Positions 28,604-39,191 are shown, counted from the stretch's first letter. The stretch: 64,000 nt of DNA from an uncultured bacterium (GCA_963705705.1 CAVPKK010000003.1:136209-200208), one strand, 5' to 3'. Made by a program: numbers and translations. The notes: generated from the letters alone by a model not told the origin.

Positions 28604-30034
28604 TTACTCTTGTGCCATTTCGCTTTTGCTTTTAATCGCGGCTAAAAAAGGTATTTCTTCCTTCATCTTGAGCCGGTCGCGCAATTTTCGCACGTAACCA
28701 TCTTTATTCGTTTGACGAGAGCGGCCAATGGCCAGGCTTTCTGCGGGAACATCTTGTGTAATGGTAGAGCCTGCGGCGGTCATCGCGCCTTTGCCAACAG
28801 TTACCGGAGCTACTAAAACAGTGTCACTGCCAATATAGGCATTATCATTAATCGTCGTGGTGTTTTTTGCGACACCGTTATGATTGCAGACGATAGTGCC
28901 AGCGCCAATATTTACCGAATCACCGATAATTGCATCGCCAAGATATGATAGGTGTTTTGCTTTTGTATGGGCGCCAATGATGCTCTTTTTTACTTCTAGG
29001 AAATTGCCAACAACACTATGAGCACCCACAATTGTTTGGTTGTGTAGGTGTGCAAATGGCCCAACTTGGACGCCAGTTTCTAGACGCGCATCATTAAGCA
29101 CGGAGTGTGAATGAATAACTACATCATCTGCGATGACTACTTTTTCCAGAATTGAGAAATCACCAATGGTGCATTCAGAACCGATGATCGTACCGTTGCG
29201 CAGTTGAACGCCGGCACCAATTTCTGTTCCGGCCCCGATTGAAACATTCAAATCGATATGAACAAATTGCGGAAAATTAAAACGCACGCCATTGGCCATC
29301 CAATGATTAATAAGATCAGCGCGTTGAATTTGTTCAGCGGCCCACAGCTCTTTGAGTGTATTAATGCCACACACGCGTTCAAGCGGTGCGGTAACTAATT
29401 CTACGCGGCCCTGTTCGCTCGCCAATGGAACTAAATCAATTAAATAAAATTCTTGTTTCTGACTGCTTTTTTCAATGTCATTAATATGCTGTTCTAAAAA
29501 TGTGCGACGAATTAAATAGATGCCAGCATTAATACAGCAATCCTCAACCGGATCACCCGTAAATTCATGCGCTTCAACAACTCTAATGTTTTGCGAATCT
29601 TTAATTACGCGGCCATACGAAGCAGACGGTTCAGGGTGATGCGCGACAATCATGCTCAAGAGTGCATTGCTTTGCTGATGCGCTTCATACAATGATTGGA
29701 TAATTTCTTTGGTTACGAGTGGCACATCGCCATTCATAATGAGTACATGGTCCGCCTGCCAAACAGCCTGCGTGCAACGCACCGCGTGGCCGGTGCCAAG
29801 CTGCTCTTCTTGCACAACGAACGATACTTGTGGCACTTGTTCTTTTACGGCTTTTTGTACCTCTTCGCGTGCATAACCAACTACCATCGTGGTTGGGATA
29901 TGCATTGATTCTAAGAGCTTTGCGGCATAAACCGCCATTTCTTGCCCGCAAATAGAGGAAACGAGTTTGCTTTTGCCTGTTTTAAAACGCTTGGATTTTC
30001 CCGCTGCGAGTATCACCGCCTGGATGTTTTGCAT
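28604..30034 (-). CDS. glmU: Bifunctional UDP-GlcNAc pyrophosphorylase/acetyltransferase
   Basis: VILAAGKSKR, QLGTGHAV, hexapeptide repeats, KAKHLSYLGDA. Confidence 0.95.
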   Translation of the reverse strand: MQNIQAVILAAGKSKRFKTGKSKLVSSICGQEMAVYAAKLLESMHIPTTMVVGYAREEVQKAVKEQVPQVSFVVQEEQLGTGHAVRCTQAVWQADHVLIMNGDVPLVTKEIIQSLYEAHQQSNALLSMIVAHHPEPSASYGRVIKDSQNIRVVEAHEFTGDPVEDCCINAGIYLIRRTFLEQHINDIEKSSQKQEFYLIDLVPLASEQGRVELVTAPLERVCGINTLKELWAAEQIQRADLINHWMANGVRFNFPQFVHIDLNVSIGAGTEIGAGVQLRNGTIIGSECTIGDFSILEKVVIADDVVIHSHSVLNDARLETGVQVGPFAHLHNQTIVGAHSVVGNFLEVKKSIIGAHTKAKHLSYLGDAIIGDSVNIGAGTIVCNHNGVAKNTTTINDNAYIGSDTVLVAPVTVGKGAMTAAGSTITQDVPAESLAIGRSRQTNKDGYVRKLRDRLKMKEEIPFLAAIKSKSEMAQE

Positions 30035-30294
30035 TCTGGATCCTTTTAGAAATTTTACCCCCATGCAAGGATTTTCCCTGCACCTTGCCAAAGGGTGAAA
30101 TGGGTAGGTAGTCTAACACTGCCAACTTTTCTTACAAAGTAACCTTTTCCACCCCAACCGACCCTATTATTTCTAATTGTATGAATACCATCCATTTTGG
30201 CCCCCAAAGCATGTGAAAATTTTCTAGGACCCGCTAGTCTGGAATTCACATAAGTTACATATAGACGGCTCAAGGCCATCAACTGGAGGTTACT

Positions 30295-30888
30295 ATGTTT
30301 AATAAGCTATACGCGGTGCTTTTGTACCTTGGCATTTTTCAGCCAAGCGTTGCCGCGCCCATTCAAATCCCAACTATTAATGAACGCGGCCCAGCTAATG
30401 CCTGCGGGCACTGGGCAATCTCCAACGCAACTGCTTTAGTGAATAAACTAGGCGCCATCCAAGCGGCGGATAAGGCTCAACTTGCACAGGTCGCCGTGGA
30501 AGCCCAGCAGTGCGGCAAGGCTTTTGTGCCAACCCATGCGCACCAGCTCTCAACTGAAGAAATCGAATCGTTAGCAAAAAAAGCTGGAATTATATGTTTT
30601 GTTTTGGGGAAATACCCAAATGGGCAAGTAGCACCTCTTATTTGGAATGGCTCGGGCGACATTACGCCATATGAGAAAATAGTAGCTAAATACAACAAGA
30701 TGTTGAGTAATGATGAAGCAACCTTTGCTATTCCTTGCATCTGCAATGTAGGTGGTCATTGGGTTATGCTTGCCGTCGTTAAGCTAGAAGCCCAAAAGCC
30801 ATTCTTGGTGTTTATGGATAATTGTAACGGACCGGGAACACGGGTTCAGCCATTTGTAAACTATCTTAAAAAACTGTTTGCGCTCTAA
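30295..30888 (+). CDS. Secreted hypothetical protein, candidate Cys-His-Asp protease
   Basis: Signal peptide; NACGHWA ... GGHWVMLAV ... FMDN. Confidence 0.55.
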   Translation: MFNKLYAVLLYLGIFQPSVAAPIQIPTINERGPANACGHWAISNATALVNKLGAIQAADKAQLAQVAVEAQQCGKAFVPTHAHQLSTEEIESLAKKAGIICFVLGKYPNGQVAPLIWNGSGDITPYEKIVAKYNKMLSNDEATFAIPCICNVGGHWVMLAVVKLEAQKPFLVFMDNCNGPGTRVQPFVNYLKKLFAL

Positions 30889-30974
30889 CAAAGCTTTATT
30901 TTTTCGACTCGCTCATTTATGCTACCGCTCCAACTAAGTAGGATATTTGGCGCACGCGAGATTCGAAAACATAC

Positions 30975-32231
30975 ATGCTACGCACAACAAGATTTGCCCC
31001 TTTATACATTCTCATTTCTTTGCTGAGCTCTGCATCTGCATGCTATGCAGCGCTCACCTTTGACAACCAATATTTCCCTTTTGGCGATCTTACCTATACC
31101 CGCAAATGGCCTAATTATAGTAACATTATCCCTGGTATGATGGTTGCTGTGGCTGATCATGCCCGTGCACATGACAGTGAAACTACGGGCCTCTTCCAAC
31201 TTTTTGGCGCCTTAGATCTTAACGCTCTTGGTCGTGCATTAGAAAAAGTCGGCAAACCTAATCCATTGCGAAGCCAATGGCGTGGTAGCCAGATCCCGGT
31301 TGCCCAACAAGGTACGCTTGAAGCCATTGGCGGAACCCTTGAATATAATCAAGCTTTTAACGATAACTGGTCGGCTGGGCTTGCAACTGCCTTTATGCGA
31401 GTGACCACACGTCCATTTTTTTTATTCGATAAAGAACGCATTACAATTCCTTTTACCGGGCCTGGCGAGATCGAAGAATTAGATAGAACTCTTCGCATCA
31501 TGGCTGATGAGGTTGGGGTTGATGCTGGCGCTACAAATCATTTCGCTTTAACTGATATTGATACATATGTTCGCGTAGGGAATATTTGGGATTATCCCAT
31601 TGGGTTCCGTCGCGCTGATCTTGGCCTTCGCGTTGGTGCGTTATTCCCAACCGGGAAGAAAAGAGACATTTTTGAAGCTTTCTCAATCCCCTTTGCCGGA
31701 AATGGCTTGTATGGTTTTTATGTAATGGCGGATGTTGAACTTGAGCTTAAAGAAGATCTAAAATTTGGTCTTTTTGGACGTGTTCAGCAGCGGATACCGC
31801 ATACTACATTGTTACGAGTTCCTGTTGGGCTTGAGCCAATTAATTTTGGCGCCATCGTGGGCAATTTCCATATATCTCCAGGAACGGTGCTTTCTTTCTC
31901 TGCTTATCTATTAGTTGAAGATATTCGGGGTGGCCTCGGTGGCAGTGTGCAGTATCTATTCACTAAAAAGTTTAGAGACCATATCCAAGATCAACGTATT
32001 TTCCCTGATCCGCCTGCAAATATTGCTCGTTATGATGGCTTATCAGGGTGGCAGTCAGAAGTGATAAACGCTCGCATGTTTTATGACTTTAGCCGCATCG
32101 GTGATGAAGAATGTCCTAAACGATTCTTACCAATTATTTCATTTGCTTGGGATTTTCCAGTCAAGTTTTTTGGTTCACCGCGCGTTGCTAAGACCAATCG
32201 AATTTCAATTACCGTAGAGATACCATACTAA
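30975..32231 (+). CDS. Exported hypothetical protein, possible outer-membrane beta-barrel
   Basis: Signal peptide; alternating aromatic/hydrophobic strands; ends ISITVEIPY. Confidence 0.5.
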   Translation: MLRTTRFAPLYILISLLSSASACYAALTFDNQYFPFGDLTYTRKWPNYSNIIPGMMVAVADHARAHDSETTGLFQLFGALDLNALGRALEKVGKPNPLRSQWRGSQIPVAQQGTLEAIGGTLEYNQAFNDNWSAGLATAFMRVTTRPFFLFDKERITIPFTGPGEIEELDRTLRIMADEVGVDAGATNHFALTDIDTYVRVGNIWDYPIGFRRADLGLRVGALFPTGKKRDIFEAFSIPFAGNGLYGFYVMADVELELKEDLKFGLFGRVQQRIPHTTLLRVPVGLEPINFGAIVGNFHISPGTVLSFSAYLLVEDIRGGLGGSVQYLFTKKFRDHIQDQRIFPDPPANIARYDGLSGWQSEVINARMFYDFSRIGDEECPKRFLPIISFAWDFPVKFFGSPRVAKTNRISITVEIPY

Positions 32232-32288
32232 ACAACAGTTGAGGGAGAACAGCATGATCATAACTTACATCAAAGAAAGGGCTTCCTT

Positions 32289-33350
32289 ATGAATAACAAA
32301 AAAAGTTGGTTTTCATTTTTACCAGCACGCCGATTATTTGGCCTATTTTCCAATGATCTTGCCATTGATCTAGGAACAGCAAATACCGTAGTCTATGTGC
32401 GAAATAAAGGTATCGTTCTTGATGAGCCATCAGTTGTTGCGGTTAATCGAGTAAATCCAAATCAGGTGCTCGCCGCCGGACGTGCTGCAAAAGAAATGCT
32501 TGGCAAAACGCCGGAAAACATCATTGCCTGCCGGCCAATGCGTGATGGCGTTATTTCAAATTTTGAACTCGCTGAAAGTATGTTGCGCTTCTTCATCCGT
32601 GCCGTGCAAGATAATCAACGCTCGCTGATGCGCCCGCGTATGGTTATTGGTGTGCCATCAGGTATCACACAAGTTGAATTGCGTGCGGTAAAGGATTCAG
32701 CTCTTCAAGCAGGAGCGGGTGAAGTTGAGACTATTATTGAGCCTTTAGCTGCTGCCATTGGTGCTGGGCTTCCTATCGAAGAGCCATCCGGGAATATGAT
32801 TGTAGATATTGGTGGCGGTACTACTGAGGTTGCTGTTATTTCATTGAAAAATGTGGTTTTCTGTCGCTCAATTCGAGTTGGTGGCGATGAAATGGATCGC
32901 GCGATTGTTCACTATGTAAAACGTAAATACAATTTGCTCATTGGTGAACGTACGGCAGAAGATGTAAAAATAAAAATCGGTGGTGTCATGATTGATGCAT
33001 CGACTAATACCACCATGGATGTAAAAGGTCGCGATTTAATAACCGGTGTGCCAAAGACTATTGTATTAACCGGTCTCGAAGTTAACGAGGCTTTGTTGGA
33101 AACCATTAGCAGCATTATAGAGGTGGTTCACATAGCATTGGAAAATACCGATCCTGAACTTTCTTCAGATCTTGTTGATCGTGGTATCGTCATGGCCGGC
33201 GGCGGCTCTATGCTTCGTGGCCTTGATAAGCTCATTAGCAAAGAAACTGGTTTGCCAGTTCGCATTGCAGAGGACCCACTACTTTGTGTAGTCAAAGGCG
33301 CTGGTAAAGTTTTGGAGAAGTTGGACTTCTACCGCGAAGCCCTGATGTAA
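32289..33350 (+). CDS. mreB: Rod shape-determining protein MreB
   Basis: IDLGTANT, RPMRDGVI, DIGGGTT, AGGGSML. Confidence 0.97.
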   Translation: MNNKKSWFSFLPARRLFGLFSNDLAIDLGTANTVVYVRNKGIVLDEPSVVAVNRVNPNQVLAAGRAAKEMLGKTPENIIACRPMRDGVISNFELAESMLRFFIRAVQDNQRSLMRPRMVIGVPSGITQVELRAVKDSALQAGAGEVETIIEPLAAAIGAGLPIEEPSGNMIVDIGGGTTEVAVISLKNVVFCRSIRVGGDEMDRAIVHYVKRKYNLLIGERTAEDVKIKIGGVMIDASTNTTMDVKGRDLITGVPKTIVLTGLEVNEALLETISSIIEVVHIALENTDPELSSDLVDRGIVMAGGGSMLRGLDKLISKETGLPVRIAEDPLLCVVKGAGKVLEKLDFYREALM

Positions 33351-33418
33351 TTGTATCTAATACTTCATTTCCCCATTTTAACAAACTGGAACTAGCAACG
33401 GCCTTTTTCCGCATATTA

Positions 33419-33497
33419 AGGGTCCGTTCCCTCCCCTTAATAATCCCCTCCCATAAATGTTTTTTATATGGAGGGCTGGCCGCCCTCCATGCCACCC
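33419..33497 (+). repeat. Repeat module F
   Basis: AGGGTCCGTTCCCTCCCCT identical to 18392-18410; GGAGGGC-TGGCC-GCCCTCC hairpin. Confidence 0.75.
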
Positions 33498-33664
33498 GCT
33501 TTTACCTGCGAAAGTCTTTTTTTACATACGAAGCTTGATTTTAAAGATAGACAGGGTCGACAAGGCAGTGCCCACAGCGACCGTTGGAGCTCCGAGAAGG
33601 GAGCGAGGAGCAGCTGTCTTGAGGCCCGAAGCAATAAAGAAGAAAATATTCCATATCAAAATCT

Positions 33665-34441
33665 ATGAATCATAAAAGATATAATACGCCGCCATTAGGC
33701 CAACATTTCCTACGTGATCAGCACATTGCAGACAACATGCTTGCAGCAGTGAGCCTGAACAATACCAGTTCGGTACTCGAAATTGGCTGCGGCGATGGTT
33801 TCCTTACACAAACCATACTAAGTCATCCATGTGCGCGACTATGGTGCATCGAAATTGATGAGCGTTGGGCAGCCTATGTTCAACGCTCCATTTCTGATCC
33901 CCGACTGACTGTAAAACATCAAGATTTCTTAAAAACTGATTTTGCTGAATTTGAACCACATGCTCCATGGACAGTAGTAGCAAATCTGCCGTATCACGTT
34001 ACGTTTCCCATCCTTCAATTATTTCAGCAGCATCGTGATTTGTTTAAAGAAGGCGCGATCATGATCCAAGCCGAAGTTGCCGATAAGATTCTCAAGACAA
34101 CCGGCCGTGGTTATGGATATATTTCGTTGTTTTATCAGCACTATTTTGATTGGCGACTATTGGATACCGTGTCACCTGAGGCATTTGATCCACCACCAAA
34201 GATACTATCAAAAACGCTCCATTTTAAACCGCGTGCTCATCCTGAACCTATCCCCGAAGAAACTAAATTTTGGGATCATTTTATTCGTTCTTTATTCAAG
34301 CAACCGCGCCGTAATCTAAAAAATAATCTATTGCAGGGTGGCTATGATCTTGCAAAAATCCCAAGCGATATGCTTACATTGCGGGCACAGCAATTGGATA
34401 AGAAACAGATTTTTGCGCTTTGGGATTTGGTTAGGTCTTAA
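33665..34441 (+). CDS. rsmA: 16S rRNA adenine dimethyltransferase
   Basis: LGQHFL, LEIGCGDG, VANLPY, FDPPPK. Confidence 0.93.
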   Translation: MNHKRYNTPPLGQHFLRDQHIADNMLAAVSLNNTSSVLEIGCGDGFLTQTILSHPCARLWCIEIDERWAAYVQRSISDPRLTVKHQDFLKTDFAEFEPHAPWTVVANLPYHVTFPILQLFQQHRDLFKEGAIMIQAEVADKILKTTGRGYGYISLFYQHYFDWRLLDTVSPEAFDPPPKILSKTLHFKPRAHPEPIPEETKFWDHFIRSLFKQPRRNLKNNLLQGGYDLAKIPSDMLTLRAQQLDKKQIFALWDLVRS

Positions 34442-34509
34442 TTTTTAGACACATCATTGCTATTCACTTATTTAGCATGCTACGTTGATTTCATCAAAAA
34501 GGGAGTAGC

Positions 34510-35193
34510 ATGAAACTAAGACAATTCAAAGAAGTAGCGTGGACTTTTTACCATTTCGTTGGAGAAGCACTTAGAATGACCTGGGCAGTTTGGCATCTAG
34601 CCAAATTACCTGAACCGCGCGTAAGTGTATTCGGCGGCAGCAAAATACAGCAGGACAGTATATATGCTGAAAAGGCCAAAACGTTGGTTAAGAAATTGGT
34701 TGCATTGCGCATCGGAATTATTACAGGTGGCGGGCCTGGAATCATGCAGGCTGCTTGTGAGGCATCACAAATGCCAAAAGGCGAGAAATTCAGTATCGGC
34801 ATTTCAGTGGAAAAACTAAGGGAACTCGAAGGAGTATCTGAGTGTAAGCAAGAGATGCTCTATATGCATTATTTCTGGTCAAGAAAATGGCTACTCACGA
34901 ATTATTCAAATGCGTTTGTTGTTTTTCCAGGCGGATTTGGAACGCTGAATGAGCTCACCGAAATATCGACGCTGATCGAGACAGCCCAGTTACAACCACA
35001 TCCAATTGTGCTTATCGGTACTCATTATTGGAAACCATTCATGGAACAAATTGAAACTGCGCTTCACGCTCATTTGCTCAAGCAAAAAGATCGAGATCTT
35101 ATTGTGATAACGGATGATATCGATAAGGCAGTGGAAATTGTTGTTAAGCGGTGTGAGGATGTTGAGTCATGTCGGATTGCCATGCGCCATTAA
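34510..35193 (+). CDS. LOG family (TIGR00730) nucleotide-binding protein
   Basis: VSVFGGS, ITGGGPGIM, FPGGFGTLNE. Confidence 0.88.
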   Translation: MKLRQFKEVAWTFYHFVGEALRMTWAVWHLAKLPEPRVSVFGGSKIQQDSIYAEKAKTLVKKLVALRIGIITGGGPGIMQAACEASQMPKGEKFSIGISVEKLRELEGVSECKQEMLYMHYFWSRKWLLTNYSNAFVVFPGGFGTLNELTEISTLIETAQLQPHPIVLIGTHYWKPFMEQIETALHAHLLKQKDRDLIVITDDIDKAVEIVVKRCEDVESCRIAMRH

Positions 35194-35200
35194 AGAATTA

Positions 35201-35926
35201 CTATTGGCTATTAGATAGGCCGATGGCTCTAATATTAAATTGGTGCTGTAAGACGCGCATCATTTCCATTGGTGTTCGCGCATGAATGCAAGACATTCCA
35301 GCCTTCTTGGCAGCCGCAACATTCGGGCATAAATCGTCAATAAATATGATCTTCTTAGTCTGTAACTCAAATCTGTTAATAAAATTACGATATACAGCCA
35401 AATGTGGTTTTTGAATGTAACCATTCAACCGTTCCGAAATCATTATTCCATCAAATTGGGCAAAAAAGTCGGTAAATTTATCCTTCAATGGCGCAAACAT
35501 ACGTTCGCCGATATTGGATAATATATACAGCTTATATCCTTCTTTTTTCAAAGCTTTGACTAATGCTGCTGTTTCTTTAATCGGTTTTTGAGCATTGGCT
35601 AACTCTATGATTGTTTGATCTGCGGCTTGCAAGCTTGGATACTGTTTCTCTAATATTTGCATACCTCGTTCATAGGCAGTGGTCTGGAAATAAAAGACAC
35701 GGCTGAGATCGATGAGAAATAAGGGATTGAGTAAATGCCGGAGAATATTCCATTTCTGAGGACTGTGCCACAGAATATGTGCGCGCTCAATTATATCGGG
35801 GTGGAATAATACGTGATGCAAATCGAAGACGAAGACGGTAGTTTTCGGATTGATTGGTTCAGGCGCGGCAGATGCTAACCCTGGCGTAGCGCAAAGAATA
35901 AAAATAGTTAAAAGATATGTATACAT
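35201..35926 (-). CDS. HAD-family hydrolase with signal peptide
   Basis: FVFDLHHVL, ILSN, KP, FIDD...NV.AA...GM. Confidence 0.75.
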   Translation of the reverse strand: MYTYLLTIFILCATPGLASAAPEPINPKTTVFVFDLHHVLFHPDIIERAHILWHSPQKWNILRHLLNPLFLIDLSRVFYFQTTAYERGMQILEKQYPSLQAADQTIIELANAQKPIKETAALVKALKKEGYKLYILSNIGERMFAPLKDKFTDFFAQFDGIMISERLNGYIQKPHLAVYRNFINRFELQTKKIIFIDDLCPNVAAAKKAGMSCIHARTPMEMMRVLQHQFNIRAIGLSNSQ

Positions 35927-35994
35927 GGCATCCCAATTCTTCTTTATTAAAGTCAGTATAAAGAATTGAGAGACTGCTATGGAAGAATTGCTAC

Positions 35995-36663
35995 CTATTT
36001 AAGTTCAAGCAAATGGACCAGATCAATGTGATCATAATGATCAATGACCATATCCGCTTCTTTAAGTAAAGCCGGGTTTTTAGCAGTATTTATACCAATG
36101 CAGAACATGCCAGCGGCCTTGGCTGCTCGAACGCCATGCGCGCTATCTTCTATCGCAACTGTATGCTGCGGATTAAGACCTAGTTGTTGGCAAGCATGAA
36201 GGTAAATGGCAGGATCTGGTTTGGTTTTATTATCGACGTGGCTAATGTTGTATAAATGTTCGCCAAAAAAACGATGCAAAGACAATGTTTCTTTGCTTAA
36301 ATGGAATGTAGAGTCGACAGCATTTGTGGCAAGAGCTGTTTTTAAATTATGACCAACAACTTTTGCATGAAACTGTTCAAAGCCATCGATGAGGCGTAAA
36401 CCTTTTGCATAATGTTCATTTGAAAACGCTACTAATTCTTGGGCAATCTCCTCAGCATCTTCTGGCAAATTAAAAAGCATTTTAAGTGCGGCACTATTAA
36501 GAAATAAGTTTGCACCAGCAGCATGTTCTTCAATTGCCTTTTTTTCGTCGGCAGTGAGTTGAAAGCCTCTTTTTTTTAAAAAGGTCTCAGTTGCCATGCC
36601 CCAAATATATTCCGTATCGACAATGGTGCCATCCATGTCAAAAACTATTCCGTGGTAACGCAT
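35995..36663 (-). CDS. HAD-family phosphatase (beta-PGM/YqaB-like)
   Basis: FDMDGTIVDTE, KPDPAIY, IEDSAHG. Confidence 0.88.
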   Translation of the reverse strand: MRYHGIVFDMDGTIVDTEYIWGMATETFLKKRGFQLTADEKKAIEEHAAGANLFLNSAALKMLFNLPEDAEEIAQELVAFSNEHYAKGLRLIDGFEQFHAKVVGHNLKTALATNAVDSTFHLSKETLSLHRFFGEHLYNISHVDNKTKPDPAIYLHACQQLGLNPQHTVAIEDSAHGVRAAKAAGMFCIGINTAKNPALLKEADMVIDHYDHIDLVHLLELK

Positions 36664-36721
36664 TTTTTTCCTGATAAAATACAGGACCCGATGTCCTGGT
36701 TCTTGTTTTTAAGGTATTTCT

Positions 36722-37381
36722 ATGATTAAAAGTACATATAATATGCGGAATAATGCAAGTGCTGGCCTATCTTGGCTTATCCTTTTGAGCCTGGCTGCAC
36801 TATTGAAAAGCTTCCATATGGCTGGTGGTGGTCATGCCCATTTCACCGGTCTGCCCCTGTTTTTACCCCTGCTTGGGGTTGCAGCCCTTCCCCTGAGCGG
36901 GGCCTTCGGCCTTCTAAAATTTTTCATGGGAACCAGTTACTCATTGCTTTCACTTGTACGCTTACCCACCCTATGTGGTGGTCTTTATTGGGCTAAAGAC
37001 CATTGGTTTATCCGGGCGGGGATCCCAGCTCTCTGTATTATTATGTTCCTTGCTCATCCGGTTGGACTGGCCGGCTGGGGATATGCCATGCTTTGGTTGA
37101 TACCAATAGCATTGTATTGCGCTGATGCCTTAGGCTCATTATTCATGACCGCTCTCGGCTGCACAATGACCGTTCATGCCGTGGGCTCAGTGTTATGGTT
37201 ATATACCATCCCAATGACGGCCGAACTTTGGTGGGCTTTAATTCCCGTAGCCCTCGGCGAACGTATAATATTTGCGGCGGCCATGGTTTTGATGTACCTT
37301 GTGCACCTCCGATTGAGTAGTTTTATAGCACGAATTCTATCATCCTGGATCGGCAGCAAAGAAAGCGTGGTAACAACGTGA
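36722..37381 (+). CDS. Integral membrane protein (ECF S-component-like size)
   Basis: About six hydrophobic segments; overlaps the uppS start. Confidence 0.55.
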   Translation: MIKSTYNMRNNASAGLSWLILLSLAALLKSFHMAGGGHAHFTGLPLFLPLLGVAALPLSGAFGLLKFFMGTSYSLLSLVRLPTLCGGLYWAKDHWFIRAGIPALCIIMFLAHPVGLAGWGYAMLWLIPIALYCADALGSLFMTALGCTMTVHAVGSVLWLYTIPMTAELWWALIPVALGERIIFAAAMVLMYLVHLRLSSFIARILSSWIGSKESVVTT

Positions 37382-38136
37382 TCACAGCACATACTTCCGT
37401 AGCAAATTCAAATCACATCGCAATTCAACCAGCACAACGGGCATTAACACTGAATCATTTAGCCTTGGTAATGGATGGCAATCGTCGCTGGGCAAAAAAG
37501 CAGGGTCTCCGTGCTTTTTATGGTCACGGCCAGGGGGTCGAGACAGTCCATCGAGTAATTGAGTTTTGTATTCGAAAGGGGATCGGCTACCTTTCGCTCT
37601 ATACTTTTTCTATCGAAAATTTTCGCCGTGCACCAGATGAAATTCAATATCTTTTTGATTTATTGGTTCGCGAAACTGAAAAAGGCATGAAAGATTTCAT
37701 GGAAAAGGGGATTCGCATACGATTTGTTGGTGACCGGAGTTTGTTCCCGGAGAGTGTGCGTCCTGCAATCGAACGTGTGGAGCAGACTACCGCTGCAAAT
37801 AAAACATTGCAGGTCAGTTTATTATTTTGCTATGGCGGGCGCCAAGAAATTGTAGCAGGAGTGAAATCACTTATAGCTGCCGTTAAAAACGGTGAAATCA
37901 GTGAACACGATTTAAATGAAGAGTTATTTAATGCTCATCTATGGACGGCAGGAATTCCCGAGCCTGATCTAATTATTCGTACCGGCGGTGCCCGACGCTT
38001 GAGTAACTTTCTTTTATTCCAGGCTGCCTACGCTGAATTATGTTTTGTAGATTGCTTATGGCCTGAATTACAATTTACCGATCTAGAAAAGGCAGTTGAG
38101 CAATATGAAGCCTGTCAACGAAATTTCGGCTGTTAA
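37378..38136 (+). CDS. uppS: Undecaprenyl diphosphate synthase
   Basis: HLALVMDGNRRWA, FSIENFRR, PDLIIRTGG.RLSNFLL. Confidence 0.95.
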   Translation: MITAHTSVANSNHIAIQPAQRALTLNHLALVMDGNRRWAKKQGLRAFYGHGQGVETVHRVIEFCIRKGIGYLSLYTFSIENFRRAPDEIQYLFDLLVRETEKGMKDFMEKGIRIRFVGDRSLFPESVRPAIERVEQTTAANKTLQVSLLFCYGGRQEIVAGVKSLIAAVKNGEISEHDLNEELFNAHLWTAGIPEPDLIIRTGGARRLSNFLLFQAAYAELCFVDCLWPELQFTDLEKAVEQYEACQRNFGC

Positions 38137-39118
38137 GGAAGTAGGAATATTAGGCGAAGGTGCATTTGGAACGTCCATCGCCTGCCTTCTAGCCGACAAT
38201 GGCTATCAGGTGAAGCTTTGGTGCCATGATCAGGATGTTCCAAATATCATTAAAACAACCGGCATCAACCAACGATATTTGCCTGATATACAACTAAACT
38301 CACTCATCACCCCAACCAGCAGTTATGAAGAGCTTTTTTCTTGCACGTACATTTTTGAAGCAATCCCTGTTAAATACCTCAGATCAGTTTTAACTGAAGC
38401 GCTCCCTCATATTCGATTTACGCATAGCTGGATTCTTATGAGCAAAGGCATTGAAAATGATACGCTCAAATTTCCCTCGCAAATCCTAGAAGATGTTTGC
38501 AATACAAAAGAATTTTGCACCCTTGGCGGCCCGAGCTTTGCAATCGAAATTGCAACCAAACAACCAACGGCGGTAACGATTGCCGGCGATTGCGCTTTAG
38601 TGACTCAGGTTCAAAAAATGCTGGTAAATGAATATTTTCGACCCTACTCTTCAACCGATATCACGGGTGTTCAGATTGGCGGCGCGCTGAAAAATGTTAT
38701 TTCGGTATTCATGGGAATGGCCAAGGGAACATCAGAAAATACTCAAGCGTTTCTTTTTACCCGCGGTTTATACGAAATAGTACAACTCACAGAAATCCTT
38801 GGTGGGCGGGCAGAAACAGTTTACGGTTTATCAGGCATTGGTGACTTGGTCTTATCCTCATTGAGTGGAAAAGGGCGAAATGCCACAGCAGGTGCTTTAT
38901 TGGCACAAGGCAGATCATTAAAAGAAATTGAACAACAATTTCGCGTATTGCCAGAAGGGTTTAATACCATTGTTTCTATGTATCAACTTATTCAGCAACG
39001 GAATCTAGATTTACCGTTGTGCGCCGCAATCTATGGCATGGTCTACCAAGGCCGCCAGCTTCACGATGTAATGAATGAAATGATGAATCGCCCGCTTGAA
39101 CAAGAATGCGGTTTATAG
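38096..39118 (+). CDS. gpsA: NAD(P)H-dependent glycerol-3-phosphate dehydrogenase
   Basis: GEGAFGTS, SKGIE, GPSFA, GGALKNV, GLSGIGDL. Confidence 0.93.
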   Translation: MSNMKPVNEISAVKEVGILGEGAFGTSIACLLADNGYQVKLWCHDQDVPNIIKTTGINQRYLPDIQLNSLITPTSSYEELFSCTYIFEAIPVKYLRSVLTEALPHIRFTHSWILMSKGIENDTLKFPSQILEDVCNTKEFCTLGGPSFAIEIATKQPTAVTIAGDCALVTQVQKMLVNEYFRPYSSTDITGVQIGGALKNVISVFMGMAKGTSENTQAFLFTRGLYEIVQLTEILGGRAETVYGLSGIGDLVLSSLSGKGRNATAGALLAQGRSLKEIEQQFRVLPEGFNTIVSMYQLIQQRNLDLPLCAAIYGMVYQGRQLHDVMNEMMNRPLEQECGL

Positions 39119-39191
39119 TGCTTGCCCATTTTTGAACTCTATCCTAAGCTGGCCGTGTATTTTGTATAACCTATTCTTTGAGGATTTTAGA

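Noticed and set aside
33457..33675. Short ORFs between mreB and rsmA
   Set aside because: They run across repeat and hairpin DNA with no recognisable motifs
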